From the human T2T-CHM13v2.0 reference genome, Homo sapiens: 64,000 nt of DNA. Location of the stretch: assembly GCF_009914755.1 (NCBI RefSeq), contig NC_060930.1; one strand, 5' to 3'. The notes below the pieces were generated by a model. The model was given only the letters and a program-made list of their open reading frames with translations, did no database searches and was not told where the DNA came from. This document shows positions 14,981 through 31,540 of this stretch, one piece after another (positions within the stretch are counted from its first letter, which is position 1; each line of letters begins with the position of its first letter). Position numbers and translations under genes: made by a program.

Positions 14981-17900
14981 TTTGTTTCAAAGAAAGTCCT
15001 TGTGTGCATGAATCTATGAATCTGTCTGTATACGCATATATGCATGAATGCCAATCAGTAGAGTTTAGAATATTGTTGACAATTCCATAATATTGAGTAA
15101 TAGTGACTTTTTGGTTTAATGTTTCTATTATATTTTGGCCATTTTTTGTATGTGTTCATAAACCCACATGATTTTTATGTTCATGTTGTCATACTCAAGA
15201 ACATCTTCACTATTTATGTGTACTTTCATTCATCTCTGAAGTGAAAATGTTTTAAACATCAATTTTTTTTCAGCATTAAAGACTCTTCTGTTCAGGGACA
15301 TGAGGCAACGGATAGCCAGAGCACATACCTGCTTTTATTTCTACAATGATTAAAGAGTCAAGAGCCTCCTTGGGGTAGCATTCCATAGAACAGGGATTTG
15401 TCTTTTAGTAACAGTGAAGAAACATCACATCGAAGTTCTTACATTCTTCTCGAGCTTCCAGACCTCACACAGTTTCTGTCTCTGTTGATGTTCAATTTGT
15501 GAAGCCATGATAATGGCAAATATTATCTGTTTTTCAAGAAAAAATAACTTGGCATATACACTTATCTGTAGTAATATGTCTAGGATGAATAAGAAAATTT
15601 GTGAAAGTAGAACTGGCTATTTTGTGAAGTAAGAAGAGAATTGTGGAAGGCCAGCATTTCCTGGAAAGGTTTGTTGTTCATCAAGCTCAATTTGGTGTGC
15701 CTTGGAGGGAAGAATAAGAAAGAATGTATCAAATTCCCTAATGTTGAACTTACTAGTATATCAATAACATCACCTATTCAAGGCTTTATATCTCTACACT
15801 AATCTGGCCTGATTTGAGGAAGCTACTGATCCATTTTTCATGTCTAAATACTTTCCAGAATGACTTAATATTTTTGTTTGTCCTCCCAGATTTTTGCAGT
15901 CAATTCCCCTGTCCTTCAGACTGTGTGCATGAGATACCAAACCAACTAGTAAATTCATTGAAAAAAACCCAAAAAACAAAAGCCATATTCATCTTGTTGT
16001 TGGGCATTGTTTTGATAAACACGTTGCTTAATGATGGCTCTTGTTCCAATCTGTTGCAGAGTTGTATAGACACAGACGCCTATTCTGCCATACAGCAGTT
16101 TGGGGAATTTTTTCTTGACTTGAATGATTTGCCAATGTCTACAATGCAGACATAAACAATTTCCTCTTATTGCTAGGCTCTAAATAATGATAAAATTTAA
16201 TAATGCTAATATTTGGAAACATCCTGGCAATTGTTTGAGTTTTCTTTTTATATTCAATAATTTTACATTGATTATAGTTCATACATTTTAACAACTAAAT
16301 TCTTAGGTAATGTAACAGCTGTGAACTAAACCAATTTTTTAAAACTAGATAACCCAAAATTTCAAATATACAGAAATTAACGCATTAAAATCCTTCCTCA
16401 CATCTAAAATGCTTCTCAAGTGGTAAAATCAATCACTGAACTATGAAAGGATAGGTATTCTTAATCATTAATCAATGGATCTAAATAAGTTACCAACAAA
16501 AATGTTAAGAATAGCAGCTTTTAGATTCTGATTTTACATACATATTTCCTCAAAAGATTATAAAACCAAAGATAGTAAGATTTCTCCTCCTTTTTTAAGT
16601 AAAATAATTGGTGAGAAATGTTTTCTCTTAAAAATATTAACTTGCTTTCCAAGGATATGTTAGTTTTTATTATTGCTCTTTTCATTTCCTCCTTTTGGAT
16701 TATGGGCTCTCAAATCTGATCCTTAACACTCATGCTCTTGAAATTGGAGGCTACTGAGATATTATTATTTCTTATCCCCACTCCCTGAAGGTATGACCTG
16801 CTAAGCTTTATGGGACAATGTTTTAGTGAGGCAACTATTTACAAGATGGAGTCTTCCACATGGCACTCTGGGGGAGGTGCCCACTGTCCCTAACTTCATG
16901 GAACTACTGCAATAAACCTTTGGGGGTAAGAATAAGGGAGAAGAGATTGAATAGAAATTCCCAAGACTTTGCTAGCAATAAATGTTTTAACCAGGACGTT
17001 TTCCAGAGTTATCTGATTCTTAGGTGTAATAAATTCTCTGGTAGGATTCTGTGGAAAATGGTCTACAGTAGTGAGAGTTTGTGTTAATGGGGTCTGGAAT
17101 AGAGGCAACAAAATGTTCTCTCTTTTTCACTGTTTTTTTTCTGTTAGTCCCAAGTGTAATCTTTGGTCAGAATTCTTGCTCCTGACTTCACCTCTGAGTC
17201 TGTTTGGAGAAAGGGCTTAATGAAAACTTAGTATTATTTTTTTTTCTTACCTTTTTGACTGAGGGAGAGCAAATAATTTTTAAGCAGTAAATTTTAAAAT
17301 ATAAGCTCTTAGTTTCATGTGAGCTAGACATCTTTTTTTTACTTGTTTCCAGGTATTATTCTTTACTGTCTGTAAATTCATTGTGATTTTTTTTGCAGAA
17401 ATTATTTTCTGAAAATAAAAACACATTATGCCAAGGACCTTGTAAAGTCATGTCTGAGGAACTCAGATGCAAGTGTCTTGACTCCTGCCCTTGGGGAATG
17501 TGAATAAGAGAGGGAACAAAGGATGAGTCACTTTGTCATCCAAAGGACTGACATGTACGGAAAATTTTGAAAAACAGCAAATGACATTAAAATTTCTGAG
17601 AACATATAATGGAATTTATATGTTCTGGTTTTCAAGGTAATCTAAATTTATTATATACATTTCGAAAATATAGGAAAGGAAAAAGAAATCAATCAAAAGC
17701 TGACAGATAATTGTAACATTTTGGATCTTTTCTTTAAATTTTTTAAAAATGAAATTATTTAATAGTTTCAATACTCATATCTTTAAAATACTAGAAGAAA
17801 AATCTTAGGGTAATTTAATTTAATATTTTTGTTTTTCAAAGTAAAACAAATGCTCTTGTTGTTACTATTATCCCAGGTTTATTATCACTTTGAGAGTGAT

Positions 17901-20391
17901 GTTTTATTTGTTTCTCTCAAACTCTTTAAGAACAAATGAAACCTAGATTGTTCTAAAGCATGCTATTCCTTTGGATATGGACTTTTGAATCTCAGTGTAG
18001 TTGATTTTAAGAAATCCAAAGCTATGAAGACAAAATTCTCTGATATTTGTCTTCCTAAGTGGAAGACAATAATGGAGCAAATTAACATTGATTGAATAAA
18101 ATAGAAACACTTGTATGTATGACGTTCTGTATAAATATTCTTTTCAGAATTATTATACAGGCTACAATATTTTGTTTCAAATTATGAATCTTCAACTTAG
18201 GATTATTTAGGACATCAGTTTTGTTATTTTTGTTGTTTGTAAAAAACCATCAATATGAAAAATTTGGTAGAATTGACCCAAAACTTCTACTCACTTTTCT
18301 CTTGGGACGGGATAAAGGGGGAAATAAGAGGAAGGGCAGAGTGCTGTTGAGTTCAGCACTTCGGTCTATCAGCTTTTTCAGTGACCACAGATTGAACTTC
18401 TAATGCAGCCAACTCTCCCAAAATACTTGTTTTTGGTCACAAAGGGAAACAAAATGAGGGTGTATGAGTCACTCTACATTCTTTAAAGTTACTTGCAAAA
18501 CAATCTTCTTAAGAGGGGAGCGGTAGTGTCATCTTTATCTTGAAAGACCGTATCTTCAATAATTGAATAATATGAGCAAACTACCATAAGAGATGATGCA
18601 GACATTTAATTTTAATTATGGGTTCTAGCTATATCCTTTGCTAGGACTAACCACAGCAAAATAGCAGAAATTCTAGAGTTTACTAGATACCTCCTAAGAA
18701 ATCCAACTGTCAAAGAACAGCCTTCTGCACCCAGAACACAGCTGCTAGCTATCACCTTGAAGCAGTTGTTTCTGTGGTGGAATTAGTTGAAAGAAGATAG
18801 TGCTTTGAGACTAGGGCCAGAAACTTTCCCCTTGAAAAAGATGTGCAAATGTTGGGTCAGAGAGTAATAGAATTTATTGGAAATTTCACTGGAAAGCCTG
18901 GTGAACCAAACCAACACTGCCCCATTTATTTCTCTGAAGAAATAGCCCTAAAGGAGAGGTGATCTTGGGAAGTTTAAGAAAGTATATTTCTATGCAGGAT
19001 TAGCATATGGTATGCAAGACAGCCAATGCATAGCTTCATATTATAAGTTAATTATCTGCCTTAGCTGATGTCATTCTATGTATAATTTATAATTAAATAT
19101 AATAACTATCAAAAGTAATAAAATTATCAGTGTTATGAATTGATTAAAAAGGGGTTTAGAAAAATGAAATAGTGATAGCCATTAGACAATTTCTGTACAA
19201 AAGAAGGAAATATAACCTAAAGAAAGAAAATATAGATGAAAAGTACTTTGTTCAAGTGTAGATGGAATAGATGTTTCCTCAATTAGCTGAGAATACATGT
19301 ATCAGTTTCCATTTTCTATTGCCCTAGAATAAGCAGTGATACCGTATCACAAGAAAGGAAAGGTTAGACCTTGAAATAGGCTAAAATCCATAGTATTACA
19401 AGTTATATATTTTTTATTTTGATACCACTAGATTCTTTAAAGAAATAGGGAGAAAAATATAGTTGATATTTTTATAATATCAAATAAGGCCTATCATACC
19501 ATTATGCATATTTTTAATTGAAAACTATTTTTAATATACTTAGTAAAATTCTACTTAAATAAATAATGAGAAAGCAGTTTTTTTCCTACCAGACAGCTGT
19601 TAGCTATTAAAATAACGGACTTAGAACTTCAATCTTTAAAACATATGCAAGTATTTATATATTTGCAACAGAAGAAAAATGTTTTCACAACACTAACAAA
19701 TTTACATATCTGCTTTATTTTTATATTATTGTAACATTTCAGGTGTTTCTTAAAAGACAATTTAAGCTGCCAGCTTATAAAAACATTGACTGTCTCCAGC
19801 CAAATTCTTAGGTAACTTAGTGTTATGGATCATTTACTAAAAGCTGACAACTAGATATTTGCCTGTTTATCTTTTGGGCATGTCCTTTTTTATAGCTTAA
19901 TTTATTTACAAATAATTAGAAAGTGCTATCAACTGAAAAATTAGCATTTTTATTTGAAATACAAATTATTTAAATCACTCAATAATCTCAATTTAACTAA
20001 AGTAAAAAGAAAGAATTAATTAGAATCACATTTTTGTATCACTCGTTATTTAGGGTACTCACTTTACTCACTTATTAAACATTCCAGAATATCCATGAGG
20101 AGCTAGATATTATGTTAGAAGGTAGGTTTATAGAGATAACAAGAAATAGTTTTTTCCTTAAATAGTTGAGAATAAACTACAGTTATATTGTATTATAAGC
20201 GTATAATAAGTATTTATAGAGGGTGTTGTGAGAGAAGAGAGAAGGATTTAGTGAGGTTCGGGTATAAATTTAAGAACACACTTCTAAGAAAATGTGACAT
20301 GATCTGATATTTGAAAGCTAAGTACAACTATTTGTGTTATGGTTAAAGGCTGAATTCAGGTTAATCTTTCCCTTATAGAAGAGTTATTTAT

Positions 20392-20806
<415 letters not shown>

Positions 20807-20817
20807 CTATCCTTTAG

Positions 20818-21500
20818 CCAAGTAGCTCTCAAATTTTGGTGTGTGTGAGGATTATCTGGATGAATTGTTAAAACTTAGGTTGCTGGACACCACCCAAAGT
20901 TTCTGATTCAGTAGGTGTGGGGTGGAAATAGACAATTTTAATTTTAAACAAGTTTCCAGGTGATGCTGATGCTATTGGTCTGTCTAAGTCAGTTTGGGCA
21001 GCTATAACAAAAATGGCATTGGGTGCCTTGTACATAACAGAAATTTATGTCTCACAGTTCTGGAGGTTGGAGTCTGAAATAGGGTGCCAGCAGGGTCGAG
21101 TTCTTGCTGAGGGCCCTGTTCCTGGTTTATAGACAGCCATTGTCTTGCTGTGTGCTGTGTCCTCACATGGTGGGAAAAGAACTCTGGCATCTTCTTATAA
21201 GGACACTAATCCCATCCATGAGGGCTCCTTCTCCTGACCAAATTACCTTCCATAGTCCTCGCCCCACCAAATACCATTACATTGGGGTTACGGTTTCAAT
21301 ATATGAATTTTGAGGAGACACAAACATTCAGTCCATAACATGGACCATACTTGATTATCAGAATAAGCTTGGAATGTGTTAAAATCTAGACTTTTGGAGT
21401 CCACTCATAGAGATTCAGATTTATTTGGATGGAAACAAATCTGTATGTTTATATATCTCCCCAGTTGATTCTGATTATCAGTGAGGTTTTGAATCCACAG
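20818..21500. mobile_element. MER5A/MER5B hAT fragments interrupted by an MLT1A LTR
   Basis: tctgattcagtaggt.tggggtgg...aacaagtttccaggtgatgctgatgct; second MER5-like piece at 21358-21500. Confidence 0.7.
20981..21340 (-). mobile_element. MLT1A-type MaLR solo LTR
   Basis: tgtctaagtcagtttgggcagctataacaaaa...cacaaacattcagtccataaca; TSD tggtc/tggac. Confidence 0.85.
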
Positions 21501-24500
21501 GCATTGTCCAGTCCTCTCATTTCACACATGATAAAACTGAGATGTAGAAAAGGTCTGAGAATTCATCAAAAATATACAACTAACAAAGAGCAGAGCAATC
21601 TCTTTTTCCCATTATACCTAGTTTTATCCCTTCAAGAAACCATAGTGATGGTTCACGCTCTACTGAATCGAGTCAATACTTTCATCCTAACATTCAAAGT
21701 TTTTCCGAATCTATTTTTTGCAACCTGTTGTCCCAGTAGTTTTGAATACAATTAGGCTATCCCCAATTCAATTAACAAGAAAAAAGTATCTACTATATTC
21801 TATGTGGGATAGGTGGATTCAGGTTAGAAGAAAACCTAGTCCACTCTTTCAAGGAACTTCCAGACAAGTAGCAGATATTACATTCTCACACATGCACAAG
21901 AATACACCCACACACAATGTAATAAAAGACAGGTTTATAATAAGTGTTATTGAAAAAGTACAGAATAGCAGAGGAGCTTCAGCATTATGAATATTTCTAT
22001 GATCTGTTTGCCAGACACTGTGCGAACTTCTTAGGGATTAGAAAGAGCATCAAGTCTTTATTTTCTTTTCTACCTAAGGAGAGCATCATACAACACAAAA
22101 CACAACTGACTCCATAATGTAACATAATTAAATCTATAAAAAGGACATGAAGAAAATTCTATCAGAGGATAGAAATGGGAGTGACTAATTCAGCTGAATA
22201 TGTGAAAATGTTTGCTGAAATGGTGATCGAAAGGCATTTACACATTTGTAGGTAAGTTTTGTTTAGTTTTGAGTAGTCTTAATCTAGTCTCTCCTCTTAT
22301 TTTGTCAGATAAAGGAAGGGCAGAGCAAAAACACCTATAGCCTACAAAGGCAAACCTACAGCATGGACGTCTACAGAAATAAGTAATAGGCTAACATAGG
22401 CTAGAACACAAAGCATGTGGAATCAAAATAGTATTCATGAAGGTGATTTTGACCTCGGCTTTGGAGGAGGCATAGAAGTTGGTAAATAATGTTAACTTTT
22501 GAACACATTATTAATTATATTCTTTTTAAAATTCTTTCCCCTTTATTTTTTAACAACAAAATCTTACCCATTCTCCAGGTTCAAATTAAAGCCCTTAAAA
22601 GTTCCATGTTAGCATTTCTTACCTTGCCTGAACATTACAGTGATCTCTGGTGTTTAAAAAAGTATAGAAGCCCTGCCCCAATTTGGCAGATTTTGATTTT
22701 AGAGATTTCTATTCAAGATGCCTGATAGTAGAAACCAGAGGTTTCTAATTGGTGGTTTATCATAGCTCATTCTGATCTAGCAAATAACAAAACCGAGGAT
22801 AAGTTAAATATATAATTGTTGAATGTTTATCTGCAAACTAAATGCCTAAATTCTCTTCACAAATTTCATTTTCTTAATACCAGGAACACAGTTTTAATGA
22901 CTACATTTACTCTTAAATCCTAGTAGTTTGAATCAGAAAAAAATTTCCTACATAAACACCTTGGAGATAAGGAAACCCCAATCTCTCCACTTACCCACTC
23001 ACATCCACATTCATGCTTCCATCAAGAAATGCCATCCTGGGCACTGGAGGTGAAAAAACACACCAAGACACTGTACTTGTTTGGACTGTTAACAACAACA
23101 ACAACAATACATTCTAAGTGCACACATGATTTTTAAGTCAATTATTCATATATAGCTCTAAGATAAATTTTAGCTCATCAACCAAATTGAACTAAATTGT
23201 TCTAATTTCCTACATGTTTCAGAAAACATGAGGAATTCATGATGTCTACTTGATTCTTATCCAATATTGAGGAATTAGTCATCATTGAGTGTTGCTGCTG
23301 TTCTAAATTTTGTGCTTTTGATAGTTAATGAAGAAGGTTAGAATTATTTGTATGCACTCACACACCATAATGAATTCATCTTTTCAAAATATAAATAAAA
23401 CATTTTTATTTCTGAGACATAATGTTCTGAAGAGTCAAATCCCTTAGCTATCTATTTAATTAGAGCGTACTGGATTAGGACTTTATTATTAGTCATTCCA
23501 TTAGCTCAATACTCAAGCACACTGCAGATATGACTAAGAAGATTGTGTTTCCTCATGGACAAAAGATGTGACCTTGGAGGGAAAAGCAAAAGATATTCTC
23601 AATTTTATGACATTTGAAAATATTTTATAATTAACTTTTTGTGAGTGCTGGAGATACAATAATCTCCACACTTCCAATCCTTTAATGAGAGGAAATTTGA
23701 GCATGGATAATACACAAAGGACTAATATTTTGGGATTCCTCTAAAAATAATAGAGTATAAAATGCCATTCCAAACTGTAGTGTTTATAAGCTGTATCGTG
23801 TGTGAGAATCATTTTCTCTCTGTTCATAGTATATACCTCTTCATTTTATTATGTGAAAAGCTTATAACATGTATATCAGATATTGTGTTTCAATGCCATG
23901 TATTTAAATGTGATTTAATGTGCCATTTATATTTTAAAATTAATGTAGGTAAAAATTTATGGGACCTAAGATGTTTTATAGGGTAATAACAGTAGGCAAC
24001 ATTGTTACATGTAAACTTGGAATACTACTTGATATGTGTGTGATGATGAAGATTGAAAGATAATGGAAGAATCTTATTCTAACTCGGGTAATTTATTAGA
24101 AATAGTTAATTTGATTCTCGCCACTAATCTAAAGTAAATATTATTGTTATCTCTATCTTACAAGTGAAGAACTTGTAGTAGAGAGTTTAAGTAATATACC
24201 CATAGTCAAGTAAATGGAAGAACTGACATAAGAACCTAAGCCATAGACTTCAGGATATTTGATCTTAATCAACATACAACACTAAGAGAAGATTTTCATA
24301 TATAACTTTCAACACTATGATTCACAGTAGGATTAAGAAAGACTCTTGATAAGATGAAATGGTAAAATCTGCAGCTATTCAATCTTGAACAAATTATTTT
24401 AATGCTTTGTGTTGGTAGGTACTCTCTTTTATTAGAAAGTTAATTTGCTGAAGTAGAAAAATGAAGGTATTAGAAATAAAATATATTACCTCTGAATTTT

Positions 24501-24574
24501 GAATATAGTGGAAAGAACATTGAACATAGAATCAGGAATTCTGAACTCCAGCACCATCTCTATCTTTGGCTAGA

Positions 24575-25166
24575 CCTGTGGTTCTCTAATTTTGCACCAA
24601 AGCCCTCTGGGACATGGCAGTAAACTCACAGGGGACAGCCAATGAAGTATTCTAATATTTTTTGAAGGTGATGCTTGACATCCATTGGATACTGCATACT
24701 CTACTAGCTCATGGTAGTCCACAGTTTTAACATTAGATCACATTACATTTTCTTTTTGTCGTATTTTTGTGAGGCTGAGTTTTCAACAGTTGCTGTGATA
24801 AAAAGCAAATAGTATGTGAAAATCAACATGGAACAGGAAATGAGGATGGCAGTATACAACGTTTCCAAGGCTTGGCAAATCATGCAATGCCTAGCAGGAG
24901 CATGGAGACTGTTAATAAGTAATTGTGGTTAAGAATGACGTAAAGATACTATTTTTTCCTCTCAGTTTACATGTATCATTTTATTTAAGTAGCTATTAAA
25001 TTATAGGATATAAATAATTTTTAATAAATTTAATTCAAAAATATTGTTTGGATGTAACTACTTAATAAGGGGAACTTATTAGCATTTCTTTTGTACTATG
25101 AGCACCACAAAAAAGCTACTGAGAACCTAAGGGCACTGTGAACTGAGAAAGTTTAGGAACCTCTGG
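24575..25166. mobile_element. hAT-Charlie (Charlie4-like) non-autonomous DNA transposon
   Basis: Termini ctgtggttctctaa / tttaggaacctctg; residual transposase-like tgtgaggctgagttttcaacagttgctgtgataaaaagcaaa. Confidence 0.55.
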
Positions 25167-25569
25167 AGTAGAAGTTTTTTGCTATATTGAAGCATTTTTT
25201 TTTCCTTGGCTTCATTTTCTTATCTGAGAAATGAAAGAGCCAAAGGTGATGATCTCAAATTCTAGTCTAACTTTAATAGTCAATGATTTTATGATGAGGC
25301 AGAGGGTAATTTAGGTGACTTTGACAATTTCATATAACTTATAGTATGTAAACACTACCTTAAATTGGGAAAAACACAGAATGTAGCTGTTCTACTTAAT
25401 GATCTTCAAATATATTTTAAACCAAATCTTTAAAACAAATTAACTGTTAGATATCAATGAGTTAATCATTTAAAAATATATCTCATCTTTCTCTTTGTGG
25501 AGCGCATGGATTTTATGTTTGTTTTGCTTCCTTTTGTTTTTGGCATGCAGGTGTTTTCTCTACTTGCTA

Positions 25570-26720
<1,151 letters not shown>

Positions 26721-26737
26721 AGAAAATTCCCAGGATA

Positions 26738-27112
<375 letters not shown>

Positions 27113-28130
27113 CTACCTAAGAAAATATTGTTGCATGAAAATTTCAAATAAAAACAAGTAGCCCATTGTTTTCAATAAAAATGCTGGCTAATAACCACAC
27201 TACAACTGCATTCTTCTTTATTGCCAACTTACACAGGAACACGCCCATTTAAGAAACCTTTGAATATGTGTGTATAAAAATACTTGTTACATGAACAACT
27301 AATGGACTCTAATTAGGCATATATCAAATAATTGCTGTTTGATTTTTTATTTGAGATACAAAACATTTGTGTTTGCTTTGTTAGTATGTTTTTGGCTAAA
27401 AATATGGGACCAAACTAGGTATTATGCTACACCCAGATGATCAGCACATTTGATTTTATTGGCAATACCTGAAGGAATGAAAATTACAAAATATTTTTGA
27501 GATATTTGTATCGTTGGCTTAGTGAATTTAGAAATACAGAAATAAAACTTCCATTTTGAACAGCTGTATAATGGCAGAATGTCCCTGTGAATGTATTGCG
27601 AGCTCTTATGTAGTATATGCTTAATGTGTGTTTATTGAATTAAACCAAACAAAAACAACAAAACCTAAAATTCCCAAACATCAGCCCAATTTTGTAGTAA
27701 CATGCATGCATGGAAACAATGATTCAATTTCTTTCTTAGTCATATGGCAATAGATATGATTCATAGTTGATTCATCTGAATAAAGTTGTAGACTATTTAG
27801 ACAAATATACCAGTTTATTTCCTTTTTTTAACAGTAATAAAGACTTCCTTTAAGTAGCAATGAGGATACTTGATGCTTTAAAATTAAAATAAAGACTTGT
27901 AAATATATAAAACTTAGAGATCATCTTAATATTTTCAAACAAAATTTAGATGAATTATACATCCTTGGTTGAATCACAGTAAAGGTATTGACCTGGAGAA
28001 AAATCAGCAATTGTTATTTTTTACAAACAACCTGAGATGGTGGTAACAGTTCTACATATTTTTGTGAGCAGTCTATTCAGGTGTTTGTATACATTTGTCC
28101 AAATACTATAGCTATACATTTATTGGATTA

Positions 28131-28555
28131 AGTATATTAATTTCTTGTTGCTGTAACACATTACCATACACTTACTGGCTTACATTAGATAAATTCATTA
28201 TCTTATAGTTCTGAAGGTCAGAATTATCACTGGGCTACAAACAAGGTGTCAGCAGGGCTGTGTTTCTTCTGTGGTTCTAGGTTAGAATGTTTCTTTGCCT
28301 TTTCTAGCTTCTAGAGGCAATCCTCATTTCTTGACTTGTGGCCCTCTTCCCTCTTAAAAGTGAACAGTCGCCTTATTCCAACCTTGACTTCAGTAGTCAC
28401 ATCTACTCTGACCCTTCTGCCTCCTTTCTTCCTCTACAAGTATTGGTGTGATTATAGAGGAAGTAATCGTGATTGTGTTGGTTCCACCTAGATTTTCAGA
28501 GTTCCTTTAACCCTGTAAGGTAACATCTTTGGAGGACATTCTTCTGCTTACCCCA
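28131..28555 (-). mobile_element. MLT1D/E-like MaLR LTR
   Basis: ttgctgtaacacattacca...tcttatagttctgaaggtcagaa...aaggtgtcagcagggctgtgtttcttct...gcttctagagg. Confidence 0.7.
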
Positions 28556-29710
28556 TTAACGTATGCACCTTGCTGCATGCAATAAAGGATTTTAGGAGGC
28601 TATATAAATATTTTATGAAGGCTCTAAATTTAGTAAATTAACTCTCCTTATTTGACATGCAGAATTCAGGTTTCCATGTCATAGAATAATTATAAACCAT
28701 ACACTAATTGGGTCTTAACATATATTTATTTCAATGCAGTTATAAGTCGCAGCCAGAAAATGAAATGAGACTTGAAAAAGATTTGCTAAAATTTGAAAAT
28801 AGTTTTTAAATCTAAAGTTTGTATTAGATGAAGGAGATGACTTTGAAGAGTTTGTATGGGCAAGATGATGGCATCTTGTGGGCTAAAATGTTATTAAATT
28901 TGGATTTTTTTCTAAGTACAATGAGAATATATTAGAAGAGTCACAGGAACAGAATAATGAGTGTAAATCCAAGGTTTCCTGTTATTGACTCCCTCTCTCC
29001 TTGTTCTCCATCAGGGGACTTATCACTCAATTTCTTATTTATTTATTTTATGGCCTATCATCCAATATGGAATATATACAGAATATATGGAATTTTCACA
29101 CTGCTTATCACTGTATCCTAATACCTAGAACTCTGCTGACATGCAAATTGGGTCTTAGAAAGTTGTTTTCTGAAGGTGTGAGTGGATAGGACTTATTGGT
29201 TGATAGGCTTGAGGAGAAGAGACAAAAAGGAAGAGTTTGAAATAACAGGATTTTTGTTTTGAAAGTGTATAGAAAATGGTGCAGTATATCACAGCTCAAG
29301 AAAATATTAAATTCATAAATTGTTTGAAGAGAAAGAAAAAAATGAGTTAAAAAAAAAAAACTAGGATTAAGATAGCACTGACATGTCCAAGGGGGAAATG
29401 CTCTGTAGCAATTTGGGGAGGAGCTACTCCTAGAACAAATCTTATTCCCGCAGAACAGCAGGTACATATGATTTAATAGGTGTTTTGCCAAAGAAAAATC
29501 ATCGAGATGACATGACCTCACATGATCCTGCTTTCCTCCCTTTCTTGGCCTTGGTACTTTTTCAGGTTTTCATTTTAATCTGTATTAACTGTTTTTCCAG
29601 AATATCCTCATAGATTTTTTTCTATCATTATGGCAATGATTTATTGTAATTATTATCTTACCTCAAGAATTTTATATATTTTTGTATGACATTCTACCTA
29701 ATTGTGTATC

Positions 29711-30872
29711 TAGTCATGTGCTTCAAAACATCTCTGTCAACAATGGACAGCATATACAACAGTGGTCCCATAAGAGTATAATAGAGCTGAAAAATTCCTA
29801 TCGCGTGATGTAGTAGCCACTGTAATATTGTATTGCAATGCACTGTTCAAGAGTTTGTGGTGATGCTGGTATAAACAAACCTGCACTGCCAGTCATGTAG
29901 CACCTACAGTTATGTACAGTATATACTACTTGATAATAATAAACAACTATGTTATTGGTGTTTGTATTTATTATGCTATAATTTTTATTGTTTTAGAGTG
30001 TACTCCTTCTACTTATTAAAAGAAAATAACTGTAAAGCAGCCTCAGGCAGATCCTTCAGGGGGTATTCCAGAAGAAGCCATTGTTATCATAGGAGATGAC
30101 AGCTCTGTGTGTGTTATTGACACTGAACACCTTCCGGTGGGACAAGATGTGAAGGTGAAGACAGTGATATTGATCATCTTGACCCTGTGTAAGTGTAGGC
30201 CAATATGTGTGTTTGTGTCCTAGTTTTTAACAAAGAAGTATAAAACATTAAAAAATTAAATAGAAAAAGCTCGTAAAAATATAAATAAAGAAAACATTTT
30301 TGTACAACCATACAATATTTGTTTTCTAAGCTAAGTATTACAACAAGAGTCAAAATATTGGAAAATTTAAGTTTATAAAGTAAGAAAATTACATTAAGTT
30401 AGGGTTAATTATTAAAGAAAGAAAAACGTTTTTTATATATGTAGTGTGGCTTAAGTGAAGAGTGTTTATAAAGTCTACAGTAGGGTACAGTAATGTCCCA
30501 GGCCTTCACATTCACTCCCACTCACTCACTGACTCACCCAGAGTAATGCTGAGTTTTGCAAGCACCATTTATAGTAAGTATTCTATACAAGTTTACCAGT
30601 TTTAATCTCTTACAATTTATTTTTACTGTACCTTTTCTATGTTTAGATACACAAATACCATTATATTACAAATGCCCTCAGTATTCAGTACAGTAACATG
30701 CTGTGCAAGTTTGTAGCTTAGGAGCAATAGGCTATGCCATGTAGCCTGGATGTGTAGCAGGCTGTACCATCTAGGTTTGTATAAGCACACTTTATGTTGT
30801 TCACACAATCATGAAATCACATAATGACACATTTCTTGGCATGTATCCATGTCATTAAGCAACACAAGACTG
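29711..30872. mobile_element. Tigger3b (TcMar-Tigger) DNA transposon, near complete
   Basis: TIRs agtcatgtgc... / ...gcaacacaagactg; ggtcccataaga.tataat; cagcctcaggcag.tccttcagg.ggtattccagaagaag. Confidence 0.85.
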
Positions 30873-31177
30873 CATTTGAATTTTTAGCATGTTTTTTAAA
30901 TGAATTCTCTGCTTGCACTTAAAACTTGTATTTTATCTTTTATCGTTCTAGAAGAAGCAAACAGTATGTAGGTATGTGGCAAGCATCTGAGGGGACTATC
31001 TTAGGAACTGCCATACCCTGAAAAACAGTGGTAGATATTTGGCCCTTCCCATTCCCATTATTACCAGTTGATTTTGTATCATTGTCCTAGCCTCCTAGTC
31101 TAGGTAACAATACATGTAAGTTATCATGACAACGTTTTATTTCTGTGTTTCATATTTTGTATTGTAAATAATATTAG

Positions 31178-31540
31178 TGTTATGATTAATTGTGTTTCTC
31201 CCCAAATTCAAATGTTGAAGCCCTAGTGCCCAATGTCACTGTATTATAAGACAGGGCCTTTAAGGAGATAAGTAAAGTTAAATGAGGTCATAAGAGTGGG
31301 CCCTAATCCAATATGACCAGTGACACCAAAGATACACATGCACGGAACAAAGACCATGTCAGGAATCGGTGAGAAGGTGGCCACCAGCAAGCCAAGGAAG
31401 GAGGCCTCAGGAGAAAACACACTTGCAGACATATTAATCTCAGACTTCCAGCTGCTAGAACTGTGAGAAAATAAATACCTGCTGTTTTAGCCACCCAGTC
31501 TGTGGTATTTTGTTATGGGAGCCCTAGTAGACTAAAATAC
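31178..31540 (+). mobile_element. MLT1A/B MaLR solo LTR
   Basis: tgttatg...ccccaaattca.atgttgaagcccta...gggccctaatccaatatgac...cccagtctgtggtattttgttatgg. Confidence 0.85.

Noticed and set aside
17599-19350. Short inverted repeats (agaacatataa...ttatatgttct; gtgatac-c-gtatcac)
   Set aside because: Arm lengths are compatible with chance in AT-rich DNA.
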